Part shown: in pieces, positions 38,082 to 47,183 of the stretch
How the letters are laid out: every line of letters begins with the position of its first letter
Numbering within the stretch: position 1 is the stretch's first letter
Source: an uncultured Christensenellaceae bacterium
GTDB lineage: Bacteria; Bacillota; Clostridia; Christensenellales; UBA3700
NCBI GenBank assembly: GCA_944380355.1
Contig: CALWHJ010000007.1
Span: 8,497-72,496, forward strand
Length of the DNA stretch: 64,000 nt
Reading direction: 5' to 3'
Position numbers and translations under genes: made by a program
Notes under the pieces: generated by a model
Database searches by the model: none
What the model saw: the letters and a program-made list of their open reading frames with translations, nothing else
What the model was told of the DNA's origin: nothing

Positions 38082-39221
38082 TCAATCTCTGCCGTTGATA
38101 TTGCCCTTTTTATACTCTCCCACTACTTCGAAAAACGTCGATATCGACTTGACGTAGCCTAGTGCCTCATTGAGTTTTGGAGAATTGCACGCATACTCGA
38201 GGTCTGTATAAAAATAATAAGTCTCGGGTGCGTTTTCCACGGGGCGAGATTCGATATTGAGCAAATTTATACCGTTTTTAGCAAAGTATTTAAGCGCGTT
38301 AAACAGCGCACCGGGCTGAGAATTGAGCGCAAATACAATACTTGTTTTATCATTGTTTTCGTCTTCTATCATATACTTAGATACGACAATAAACCTCGTA
38401 CAGTTGCACGATTGCGACTGAATATTTTCTTCGATAACGTCGAGATTGTAAAGCTTTGCGTTTACCTTGGACGCAATTGCCGCTTTCGTAACATCTCCCG
38501 TCTCGGCTACGAGTTTTGCCGACGATGCGGTGGATTTGTAAGGCACTATTTTCCACTTGCCTTCAGACAAAAATTCGTCGCATTGCGTGATTGCCTGATG
38601 ATGTGAATACACTTCCTTTATATCCTTAAGCTTCGCGCCTTTGACGCCCAAAAGACAATGATTTATGCTTACCCATTGTTCTCCCGCGATAAAATAATCG
38701 TACTTTCTCAACAAATCGTAAACTTCGGTTATTGCACCTGTCGACGAATTTTCGATAGGAACCACACCGTATTCGATTTCACCGCACTTAATCGCTTTGA
38801 ACACATCCTCGAAAGTAGGATAACTCTTACCGTCATTATTGCCGAAAAAGTCAACCATTGCCTTTTCGGAGTTACTTCCTCTGTCTCCGTAAAAGCCTTT
38901 TCGCGCACTCTTGTCGAGAGGCAGTCTCTTGTATTTGTCAAGTACGGATTTATATGATATTTTACTGTTTTGCAAGTCCTTGCTGAGCGTCATCATCTCG
39001 TTCATCAGCTGTTTTACGTAAGGAGCGTAAGCCTTATCCTTGAGATTGTCTACCGCCTTTTGCAAAACTTCAGCCTCTCTTGACGTTTGCAATACGCCCG
39101 TATTGTGCGTTTTTTTGTATTCGGCTACGCCGAGCACAACGTCCATTCTCTTTTCGAAAAGCCCTACGATTTGCTTATCTATTTCGTCAATTCTTTCTCT
39201 TAATTTCTTCAGTTCTTCCAT
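38082..39221 (-). CDS. pheA: Bifunctional chorismate mutase / prephenate dehydratase (P-protein)
   Basis: The N-terminal CM helix is LRERIDEIDKQIVGLFEKRM. It is followed by a PDT domain and a C-terminal ACT domain (ESRP motif). Start at ATG 39219-39221 with an AGGAGA RBS. Confidence 0.85.
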   Translation of the reverse strand: MEELKKLRERIDEIDKQIVGLFEKRMDVVLGVAEYKKTHNTGVLQTSREAEVLQKAVDNLKDKAYAPYVKQLMNEMMTLSKDLQNSKISYKSVLDKYKRLPLDKSARKGFYGDRGSNSEKAMVDFFGNNDGKSYPTFEDVFKAIKCGEIEYGVVPIENSSTGAITEVYDLLRKYDYFIAGEQWVSINHCLLGVKGAKLKDIKEVYSHHQAITQCDEFLSEGKWKIVPYKSTASSAKLVAETGDVTKAAIASKVNAKLYNLDVIEENIQSQSCNCTRFIVVSKYMIEDENNDKTSIVFALNSQPGALFNALKYFAKNGINLLNIESRPVENAPETYYFYTDLEYACNSPKLNEALGYVKSISTFFEVVGEYKKGNINGRD

Positions 39222-39271
39222 TTTTCTCCTGCCCAAGCAAACTCAAAAGTCTTCTTTTGCTGATTTATTTA

Positions 39272-40339
39272 TTACAGCAAATCGTACAATGCGATAGCGC
39301 AAACCGCCTCGATTACGGGCACGGCTCTTACAACTATGCAACTGTCGTGTCTTCCCTTAAGTGACAGTACTGTATTTTCTTTAGCTGCTACGTCTATCGT
39401 GTTTTGCTGAATGAAAATCGAAGGCGTAGGCTTGATTGCCACATTAAAGACAATCGGCATACCCGTAGAAAGTCCGCCCAGTATTCCGCCGTTGTTATTG
39501 GTAGAAGTTATGACTTTATCACCCTCGTATCTGAAAGGGTCGTTTGCTTCGCTGCCGTACATCTTTGTAAGGTCGTAGCCTTTGCCGAATTGCACGCCCT
39601 TGACTGCGGGCACGCTGAATAAAAGGCTCGCTAAGTGTGATTCTATGCTGTCGAAGAAAGGCTCGCCTACGCCGCCCTTTAGTCCTACCGCCGCACATTC
39701 GATAACGCCGCCTACGCTGTCGCCCTCTTCGCGCGCGGAAAGTATTGTTTCGCGCATTTTATCAAACAAACTCTCGTCAATGAGCGGAAAAGGTTTGTAT
39801 GTCAACGCGCTAAGCTCGGCGGGATTGATTTCCACACCGAAAGGCTTGTCCTTTATATCTTTAATAGACAAAATATGCGCACCTATCTCTACACCTTTTT
39901 GCCTTAAAAGCTGCTTACATATCGCGCCTGCGAATACGAGCGTTGCGGTAAGTCTGCCCGAGGAGTGTCCGCCGCCGCGGTAGTCGTTGTTGCCGCCGCT
40001 CTTCAGATAATAGCCGTAATCGCTGTGTCCCGGTCTGAATACGCTCTTGAGTTGAGCATAGTCCGAAGACTTGGTATTGGTATTGCGAATAATACCGCAA
40101 AGAGGCGTGCCCGTCGTTTTATCGTCAAAATATCCGCTGACGATTTCCACTTTGTCACCCTCTTTCCTCGGCGTGGAAAACTCGCCGCCGTTGGGAGCGC
40201 GGCGCGCCATTTCTCTCTCTATCTCTGCCATATCGAGCTTTACGCCCGCGGGAAGATTGTCGATAACGACACCCATTGCCTCGCTGTGCGATTCTCCGAA
40301 AACAGTTAATTTGATTTTATTGCCCCAAACAGTGCTCAT
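39272..40339 (-). CDS. aroC: Chorismate synthase
   Basis: 355 aa. FGESHS, RPGHSD and GGGHSSGR motifs. It overlaps the aroA stop by 4 nt. Confidence 0.95.
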   Translation of the reverse strand: MSTVWGNKIKLTVFGESHSEAMGVVIDNLPAGVKLDMAEIEREMARRAPNGGEFSTPRKEGDKVEIVSGYFDDKTTGTPLCGIIRNTNTKSSDYAQLKSVFRPGHSDYGYYLKSGGNNDYRGGGHSSGRLTATLVFAGAICKQLLRQKGVEIGAHILSIKDIKDKPFGVEINPAELSALTYKPFPLIDESLFDKMRETILSAREEGDSVGGVIECAAVGLKGGVGEPFFDSIESHLASLLFSVPAVKGVQFGKGYDLTKMYGSEANDPFRYEGDKVITSTNNNGGILGGLSTGMPIVFNVAIKPTPSIFIQQNTIDVAAKENTVLSLKGRHDSCIVVRAVPVIEAVCAIALYDLL

Positions 40340-41586
40340 ACTGCCTCCTCTTTTATCTCTCCGCCGAGTTTGGTATACACCTCGTAAAAATCGGGGTAAG
40401 ATTTAGACACGCATTCCGCATCTTTTATCCTGACTTCGCTCTCACATACGGTAGCCGCAATTGCGAGCGTCATTGCCATTCTGTGGTCTTTGTGCGAATC
40501 AACCTTTCCACCCTTAAGCTTGTATACTCCGTCGATAACTATCGTTTCGTTATATTCCTCTATATTTGCACCCAGCTTTTTAAGCTCTTCTACGGTTGAA
40601 TGAAGTCTGTCGCATTCCTTTATCCTCAGTCGCGATACGTTGACGATCTGCGTCTTGCCTATTCGCAAACAGCACGCCAGCGCGAATACGGGGATTATGT
40701 CGGGACAGTTTCCGCCGTCGAATACCAATGTTTCGTCGGGAGAAGAATCTTTGAGTTTTTGCAAAAACTCCGTTATTACCTTATCTCCCTGCAAAGACTC
40801 TTTGTTGAGTCCTATTATATCCACACCGCTTCCCAGATAATTCGCTACCTCGAAGAAAGCCGCCTGAGAATAATCTCCCTCTACGTAACTGTCGTGATTG
40901 AGATATTTCTGATTGCCTTTGACATACAGCACGTTCCCTTCTTTCTGAACGTCGATACCGTAATTTTTAAGCGCGCACAAAGTCAAATCGAGATAACCCG
41001 AAGATTGAAGATTACCCTCTATGAAAATTCTGCTGTCCCCCTGAAGAAGAGGGAGCGCAAACAGTAGTCCCGATATAAACTGCGAGCTTACCCCGCCGTC
41101 GATATAAAAATCTCCGCTCTTCAATTCTCCCTGTACGCTCAAATCGAGAAAATGGTCGGGATTATCCGCGCTGTTGTCGATATACTCTATACCTTGACCC
41201 AGGCATATATCGCGGTAAATCTCCATAGGCCTTTTGCCGAGTTTTCCTTTGCCGACAAATTTATTCTTACCGTTGTTGAGTACAAGCGCGAGAGGAAGTA
41301 AAAATCGCAAAGTCGAACCCGACTCGTTGCACTCGAATACGATATATGACGTGCGCTTTTCTGCGTGTCCGTCTACCTCGATATTGTCGGGATTATCCTT
41401 AATGTATGCGCCGAGTGAGCGCATACAGCTTATGGTCGCAATTATATCGTCGCTGTAAGCTATGTTGGCAATTCTGCTCTTTCCCTCTGCAAGCGACGCG
41501 CATATTATCTCTCTGTGCGCCATACTCTTGGACGGAGGAATTACCACTTTGCCCGAAAGTTTTTTGGGGGTAATTACAATATTCAT
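40336..41586 (-). CDS. aroA: 3-phosphoshikimate 1-carboxyvinyltransferase (EPSP synthase)
   Basis: 416 aa. PPSKSMAHR and DHRMAM motifs. Confidence 0.95.
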   Translation of the reverse strand: MNIVITPKKLSGKVVIPPSKSMAHREIICASLAEGKSRIANIAYSDDIIATISCMRSLGAYIKDNPDNIEVDGHAEKRTSYIVFECNESGSTLRFLLPLALVLNNGKNKFVGKGKLGKRPMEIYRDICLGQGIEYIDNSADNPDHFLDLSVQGELKSGDFYIDGGVSSQFISGLLFALPLLQGDSRIFIEGNLQSSGYLDLTLCALKNYGIDVQKEGNVLYVKGNQKYLNHDSYVEGDYSQAAFFEVANYLGSGVDIIGLNKESLQGDKVITEFLQKLKDSSPDETLVFDGGNCPDIIPVFALACCLRIGKTQIVNVSRLRIKECDRLHSTVEELKKLGANIEEYNETIVIDGVYKLKGGKVDSHKDHRMAMTLAIAATVCESEVRIKDAECVSKSYPDFYEVYTKLGGEIKEEAV

Positions 41587-41593
41587 ACTCGCC

Positions 41594-42640
41594 TCACTTT
41601 AAGAAAAATTCCGCGTTTGTAGGATACGTAAAGCTCTCGCCTATTTCTTTCAAAAGTACGACAAAAAGCTTTTTGCCCATATTCTTTTTATCGCTGAGCA
41701 TAGCGGATATGAGCTCTTTCGCAGGGGTAGGGTCACTTGTAGGCAAGCCGTAATTTTTGAGGATATTTTCTATCCTTTCGGCGCAGCCTTTTTTTGTCAA
41801 CCCGAGCTTTTCGCTTATTTTCGTGATAAACACCATACCTATCGCAACCGCCTGTCCGTGGGTATAGCCTTGGAATTTATAATACTTTTCGATAGCGTGT
41901 CCGTAGGTGTGTCCGAAGTTGAGAAGCATTCTCTCTCCCGTATCCCTCTCGTCCACCTCTACGACTTTGCGCTTGATATCGCAACACGTATATACTATAT
42001 CCTCGACCTTTTGCATAAATTCTTCTCTCGACTTAATACCCTCGAGAGTTTCAAAAAGTTCTTTATCCTTTATACAGCCGTATTTGATAATCTCCGCCAT
42101 ACCGTCGATATAGAATCGGTCAGGCAAATCATACAGCACGTCGGTATCGATGAATACCAGCTTGGGCTGATAAAAACTTCCTACAAGATTTTTACCCTCA
42201 GGCAAATCCACTGCGACTTTACCGCCGACCGAGCTGTCTACCTGAGCAAGCAATGACGTAGGCACTTGCACGAAAGATACGCCCCTCAAATAAGTAGACG
42301 CCACGAAACCGCCGAGGTCGCCTATCACGCCGCCGCCCAGGGTGACAATCAAATCTTTGCGAGTGAGATTGAATGCGAGCATGGACGAGTACAAAGGCTC
42401 GATAGACTTAATGCTCTTTGTCGGCTCTCCCGCCTCGAGCACGTGCAATTTACACTCGTAGCCTTTTGCGAGCAAACTGTCCGTTACGGTATTGGCAAAA
42501 ATCGGCGCTACGTTGGTATCGCTTATAACAAAGATTTTACCGCCGTCACTCTTGACGTAATCACCTATTTTATCGAGAATTTTACTGCCTATGATTATGT
42601 CGTAACTGTTTTCACCCAGATTTACTCTCAAAGATTTCAT
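41594..42640 (-). CDS. aroB: 3-dehydroquinate synthase
   Basis: 348 aa. GGGVIGDLGGF and FGHTYGHA motifs. First gene of the aro operon. Confidence 0.95.
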   Translation of the reverse strand: MKSLRVNLGENSYDIIIGSKILDKIGDYVKSDGGKIFVISDTNVAPIFANTVTDSLLAKGYECKLHVLEAGEPTKSIKSIEPLYSSMLAFNLTRKDLIVTLGGGVIGDLGGFVASTYLRGVSFVQVPTSLLAQVDSSVGGKVAVDLPEGKNLVGSFYQPKLVFIDTDVLYDLPDRFYIDGMAEIIKYGCIKDKELFETLEGIKSREEFMQKVEDIVYTCCDIKRKVVEVDERDTGERMLLNFGHTYGHAIEKYYKFQGYTHGQAVAIGMVFITKISEKLGLTKKGCAERIENILKNYGLPTSDPTPAKELISAMLSDKKNMGKKLFVVLLKEIGESFTYPTNAEFFLK

Positions 42641-42671
42641 TTATACCTCTTTTAACCGCCCTCAAACGCGC

Positions 42672-42698
42672 GCAAAACAACGCATAATCAATGCGTTT
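42672..42698 (-). terminator. Hairpin + U tract between the MATE gene and aroB
   Basis: Minus strand reads AACGCA-uugauua-UGCGUU followed by GUUUUG. A TTGAAA-17-TAATAT promoter-like motif (42708-42736) lies just upstream. It could therefore be the MATE terminator or a leader structure of the aro operon. Confidence 0.5.
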
Positions 42699-42815
42699 TA
42701 TATTATTATATTACTATAAAACAAGAGACTTTTCAAGTATATAATAATATTTAAGCCGTCTTTAAAAGCGTTTTGAAAGATTTTTTATAAATTTACTCGC
42801 TTTAACGTTTACAAT

Positions 42816-44321
42816 TCAGTCTTTATCGTCGCCGTCTTCTTTTAAATCCGAATACTCCCACAGCGTTTCGCTATCGTTTGCGCTTTTATTATCTTGCGCG
42901 CCGTTTTCTTCCGAAGTCGCGCCGTCGCTCTCTTCAGCCGTTTTACAAGAAAGCTCTTCTTCACTCTCCTTTACGGCAAGAGGTAACAGCTTTTTGCGAT
43001 ATGCAATCATCATACATATAAAGCAATAAGTCCCGCCTATAACCCAGCTTGCCGTAGGCGCCCAATACATACCGTCTATTCCCCATTTGTAATCGAAAAG
43101 ATAGGAAAACGCTATGCGGAAAATAATCGACGTAAAAGTGGATATTACGAAAGTTTTCAAAAGTCCTATGCCCTTGAATACGCCTTGACTCTGCACGATA
43201 ATACACATAAGAAAATAGCCCCAGCCTATCGCGACGGTATATCCCGTACCTGTGGCAATAACTTCGGGATTATCGTCAAAGAGCGAAACCATCCATTTTG
43301 CGCAAAGCACGGTAAAAGCCGTCGCAACGACGGAATAAACAGCCACGAATATCCAGCTTGCCTTGTACCCCTCTATCACGCGCTTATACTTATGCGCGCC
43401 GTAATTCTGCGCCGTGTAGGTAGTCAGCGCATTGACGTAACCTCGCATAGGCGTCTGTAACAACGAATCGAGGCGCGTGCCTATGTTTATACCCGCTACC
43501 GAGTTGAGAGGATAGGTATTGACCAGTCCTTGAATTGCAATTCTGCCCACGTACACGAATACTTGCTGTATGGACATGGACAGCGAATAGGAAGTGATTT
43601 CCATAACTATTTTTTTGTCAATCCTTATATCCTTGATACTCATTTTCAAGAGTTTGTATTTTTTGTTTGTGTATATAATACACAACACGGAAGACAGAGC
43701 CTGCGCAAGTACGGTCGCAAACGCCGTACCCTCTACGCCCCACTTGAATACCACGACGAAAAGAATATCCAGTACGGCATTGAAAGCTACGGACACAAAC
43801 AAAAACATAAGCGGCGTAAAGGAGTCGCCTATCGCGCGTATAGAAAAACAATAAAAGTTGTAAAGATAAGTGAAAATAGCACCCGCAAAGACTATCTTCA
43901 AGTAGTTGTCGGTATCAGTAAGAATACTTTCTTTAGTGTTGAGAAGTCTCAAAAAAGGCTTGGAAAAAGCTATGCTCGCAACACTCAAAACAAGAGTAAA
44001 TATAAGTCCTATCGCAAGAGCCGTACTCATCGTATGGCGCACTTTTTCGTCTTCGTTTGCGCCGTAATACCTCGACATAACGACACCGCCGCCCATAGCG
44101 AAACCTATAAGCAAAAAAACTACGATATTCATTACGGGCGCAGCCGAGCCGAGCGCAGCCAAAGCGTCCGTGCTGATAAATCTGCCCGCGATAATACTGT
44201 CAACAGCATTATAAAGCTGTTGACAAAAATCGCCTATTATCAAAGGCACGGAAAACTTGAGTATGGAGCTGAAAGGCTTGCCCTCTCGAAGCATATTTTT
44301 TGCGTTGATATGTGCGTGCAT
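42816..44321 (-). CDS. MATE-family efflux transporter with an acidic C-terminal tail
   Basis: 501 aa, 12-TM pattern. The start ...ILKFSVPLIIGDFCQQLYNAVDSIIAGRF is typical of MATE. Confidence 0.85.
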   Translation of the reverse strand: MHAHINAKNMLREGKPFSSILKFSVPLIIGDFCQQLYNAVDSIIAGRFISTDALAALGSAAPVMNIVVFLLIGFAMGGGVVMSRYYGANEDEKVRHTMSTALAIGLIFTLVLSVASIAFSKPFLRLLNTKESILTDTDNYLKIVFAGAIFTYLYNFYCFSIRAIGDSFTPLMFLFVSVAFNAVLDILFVVVFKWGVEGTAFATVLAQALSSVLCIIYTNKKYKLLKMSIKDIRIDKKIVMEITSYSLSMSIQQVFVYVGRIAIQGLVNTYPLNSVAGINIGTRLDSLLQTPMRGYVNALTTYTAQNYGAHKYKRVIEGYKASWIFVAVYSVVATAFTVLCAKWMVSLFDDNPEVIATGTGYTVAIGWGYFLMCIIVQSQGVFKGIGLLKTFVISTFTSIIFRIAFSYLFDYKWGIDGMYWAPTASWVIGGTYCFICMMIAYRKKLLPLAVKESEEELSCKTAEESDGATSEENGAQDNKSANDSETLWEYSDLKEDGDDKD

Positions 44322-44393
44322 AATTACCTTAATATACTATACGCCAAAAGACAGGTTTTGTTAAACGAAAACACGCGCTAATTTAAATAAAAA

Positions 44394-44419
44394 CGGAAAA
44401 AGCGGACTTTTGCCCGCTT
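44394..44419 (-). terminator. Rho-independent terminator of leuA (bidirectional-looking)
   Basis: Minus strand reads AGCGGGC-aaaa-GUCCGCU followed by UUUUUCCGUUUUU. Confidence 0.7.
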
Positions 44420-44453
44420 TTTGTTTTTAAGTGCGCATTAACCGTCAATTACG

Positions 44454-46115
44454 TTATTTCATATTTCTGTTGATTGCCGATACGAGTGCCTTGACGCTCG
44501 CTTCGATAATATCGTTGTGAATACCAACGCCCCATACGATTTTGCCCGTCTTGTTGTCCTCGATACATACGTATGCAGCCGCTTGCGATTGCGATGTCTT
44601 GGAGAGTGCGTGCTCTTGGTATTCGACTATATGATAATCTATGTCAATAGCCTTTTTCAAAGCGTTGCTGACCGCGTCGAGTCTGCCGTTGCCGTGTGCC
44701 TCGGACGTGAAAGTCTTGCCGTTGTACTCAACGGTAATAGTCGTGTCGATACCGTCAATCTGCTTGTAGTGATGCTCTATGATATTCAAAGGCTTGTCGA
44801 TATTGACGTAGTTATCCTCGAATACCTTGTATACCTCGGAGGGCTTGAGTTCCTTGTGAGCGTGGTCGGATACGCTCTTTACCTCGTAGCCGAAAGCTTC
44901 GCGCATCTTCATAGGAAGGACTACGCCGAATTGTTGTTCCATCAAGAAACCTATTCCGCCCTTACCCGACTGACTGTTGATTCTTATTACGTCGCCCTCG
45001 TACTCTCTGCCGATGTCCTTGGGGTCGATAGGAAGATAAGGCACCGTCCAGTGGTCGGGATGCTTTGCCGTGCGCCACTTCATACCCTTTGCGATAGCGT
45101 CCTGATGCGAACCCGAGAATGCCGCAAATACCAATCTTCCCGAATAGGGCTGTCTTTCGTAAACTTTCATACCCGTAACCTTTTCGTATTCTTCGACTAT
45201 TGCGGGAATATCCGAAAAATCGAGTCCGGGGTCAACGCCGTGCGAATACATATTGAGCGCGAGAGTGATTATATCCACGTTACCCGTACGCTCGCCGTTG
45301 CCGAACAAAGTTCCCTCTATTCTGTCTCCGCCTGCCAAAATACCCAGTTCACTGTCTGCAATCGCACAACCTCTGTCATTGTGAGGGTGCAAAGATATAA
45401 TGAGGTTTTGTCTGTCAATCAGGCTCTTGCACATATACTCGACCTGACTTGCATAGATGTGAGGCATAGACATAGATACCGTTACGGGCAAGTTGATAAT
45501 GACTTTCTTTTCGGGGGTAGGTTGCCATATTTTGATAACCTCGTTGCAAATATCTCTCGCAAACTCCATTTCAGTACCCGTAAAAGACTCGGGAGAATAC
45601 TCGAACAAATACTCTCCTTCTGCCTTAGCGGCATATTCCATACAGAGTTTTGCGCCGAATTTAGCAATATCGATAATCTCTTCCTTGGACTTTTTGAACA
45701 CCTGTTCACGCTGAGCGTAAGACGTAGAATTGTAGAGATGCACAACAGCCCTCTTGACGCCCTTCAAAGCCTCAAAAGTCTTTGCGATAATATGCTCTCT
45801 GGACTGCGTGAGTACCTGTATCGTTACGTCATCGGGGATAAGATTTTTTTCAATCAAAGTCCTCACAAACGTATATTCCGTCTCGCTCGCAGCGGGAAAA
45901 CCTACTTCTATCTCCTTGAATCCTACCTTACAAAGGAAAGTGAAAAACTCCAGCTTCTGCTCGAGACTCATAGGTACAACCAATGCCTGGTTGCCGTCTC
46001 TCAAATCGACGCTGCACCATATAGGAGCTTTGTCGATATACTCTTTCTTCGTCCAGTCGTTGCACTCAAAGGGAGGCATATAATATCCTCTCGTGTACTT
46101 GTCAAAGTTTTTCAT
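44454..46115 (-). CDS. leuA: 2-isopropylmalate synthase (long LeuA type with C-terminal regulatory domain)
   Basis: 553 aa. DLRDGNQ and HPHNDRG motifs, plus a LeuA dimerisation/allosteric C-terminal region. Confidence 0.9.
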   Translation of the reverse strand: MKNFDKYTRGYYMPPFECNDWTKKEYIDKAPIWCSVDLRDGNQALVVPMSLEQKLEFFTFLCKVGFKEIEVGFPAASETEYTFVRTLIEKNLIPDDVTIQVLTQSREHIIAKTFEALKGVKRAVVHLYNSTSYAQREQVFKKSKEEIIDIAKFGAKLCMEYAAKAEGEYLFEYSPESFTGTEMEFARDICNEVIKIWQPTPEKKVIINLPVTVSMSMPHIYASQVEYMCKSLIDRQNLIISLHPHNDRGCAIADSELGILAGGDRIEGTLFGNGERTGNVDIITLALNMYSHGVDPGLDFSDIPAIVEEYEKVTGMKVYERQPYSGRLVFAAFSGSHQDAIAKGMKWRTAKHPDHWTVPYLPIDPKDIGREYEGDVIRINSQSGKGGIGFLMEQQFGVVLPMKMREAFGYEVKSVSDHAHKELKPSEVYKVFEDNYVNIDKPLNIIEHHYKQIDGIDTTITVEYNGKTFTSEAHGNGRLDAVSNALKKAIDIDYHIVEYQEHALSKTSQSQAAAYVCIEDNKTGKIVWGVGIHNDIIEASVKALVSAINRNMK

Positions 46116-46162
46116 ATTTATCTCCTTTTAAAATTATTATCTTTTTATCTTAGCACCTAATA

Positions 46163-46408
46163 AAAAAGTCCCTTGCAAACAGCAAGAGACGAAATCTATC
46201 CGTGGTACCACTCTTTTTCGTATCTACGGCCAACACCGATTTACGATACCTTGACGCTATAACGGGCTTACCCGACACTCTCTTACTGTGATTGGGAGAG
46301 GCGACTCAAAGGCGAGTTGGCTTATCTGTCCTGTTGTCTCACACCTACCGACAACTCTCTGCAAAGACTTCAAAGTTAGTATTCCTTGTCGTAGTCTTTA
46401 GATATTAT
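46163..46408 (-). promoter_or_regulatory. T-box riboswitch leader of leuA
   Basis: The minus strand contains an AGAGA-type motif near the 5' end and the T-box sequence AAAAAGAGUGGUACCACGG. The terminator GUCUCUUGC-uguuu-GCAAGGGAC-UUUUUU follows (46163-46190). The 5' arm of that terminator can alternatively pair with the T-box. Confidence 0.8.
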
Positions 46409-46414
46409 GGATAT

Positions 46415-46443
46415 ATTCTATAACAAGTTTTTTCTTTTGTCAA
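46415..46443 (-). promoter_or_regulatory. Sigma-A promoter of the leuA T-box leader
   Basis: Minus strand reads TTGACA - 17 nt - TAGAAT. Confidence 0.6.
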
Positions 46444-46453
46444 GCATTTTTTT

Positions 46454-46770
46454 GCGACCGCATATATCAGCACATATTTGCGATTTTGCGCGAGCAGTTA
46501 CACTCGGTCACGTACGGCAAGTACGCTCCGCTCGTGAACTCTCTTCAAAATCGCAACTCTGCACTAATCTCTGCGGTCGCAAGTCATTTAATTTTTGCTA
46601 GTTTGGAAAAAGCAAAAATCGCACCTCTCTCCGCGCTCGCACTAAGTTTTATTATCTTCATTTAGATTTTGAAAGCAGAATACTTTATTTTGCGGTCGCG
46701 CCTTTCGTTTTTTTTACAATTTAGTATGCGCCTGTCGCGCTCGTCTGGAAAAGACAAACTCTGCACTGTT
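46454..46770 (+). repeat. Left inverted copy of the modular GC-rich hairpin repeat (complement of 51459-51753)
   Basis: 46488-46545, 46615-46642 and 46724-46766 match the reverse complement of 51662-51719, 51625-51652 and 51533-51576 respectively, in colinear order. A nested long hairpin is formed by GCGACCGCA (46454-62)/TGCGGTCGC (46572-80) and TTGCGATTTT (46478-87)/AAAATCGCAA (46547-56). Confidence 0.85.
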
Positions 46771-46776
46771 CGCTCA

Positions 46777-47183
46777 CCTCGACAAAATACCCACGCTTCC
46801 GAAGTGTCGAAAGCGTAAGGCAAAATGTCGGGTTCGCTCTATACCGACCAAACGAAACGGTGTATATTCGACAAGCGAATAAAACCGTTTGTCGGTACTA
46901 TCTTCAAGCGGATTACGGATTTGACAGCCTCGACAAAATACCCACGCTTCCGAAGTATCGAAAGCGTAAGGCAAAACGTCGGGTTCGCTCTATACCGACA
47001 AAGCCGTAATAGAGTGGTAAGGATAACGGCTTTTTGAGATTGATTGCGAAGGGCGCATACTTTGCGTATGTAACCGAGCAAGAATATCGCAATAAAAGGC
47101 GCTAGGCGTGCCGCTATATTACGGCGCAAACGAAACGGTGTATATTCGACAAGCAAATAAAACCGTTTGTCGGTACTATCTTC
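46777..47183 (+). repeat. Duplicated hairpin units A (72 nt x2) and B (57 nt x2)
   Basis: A1 46777-46848 vs A2 46928-46999 has 2 mismatches. B1 46849-46905 vs B2 47127-47183 has 1 mismatch. Each unit contains internal stems: ACGCTT...AAGCGT in A, and CCGAC(C)AAACG..AACGG...CCGTTTGTCGG in B. Confidence 0.9.

Noticed and set aside
44517-46160. Very long plus-strand ORFs antisense to leuA, and similarly 2512-3762, 30572-31993, 47870-49048, 54879-55946, 56912-58102, 58318-59667, 6398-7375, 10166-11131, 7953-8819
   Set aside because: They are in exact codon phase with well-supported minus-strand genes. They have Arg/Tyr/Phe/Val-skewed, low-complexity translations, no RBS and no recognisable domains. 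They are shadow ORFs caused by avoidance of TTA/CTA/TCA.
46774-47156. ORFs 46774-46974(-), 46825-47037(+), 46839-47156(-) and 46407-46601(+), 51364-51648(+)
   Set aside because: They lie entirely within nucleotide-level repeats and hairpins, overlap each other in different frames, and have no RBS. I treated them as non-coding.
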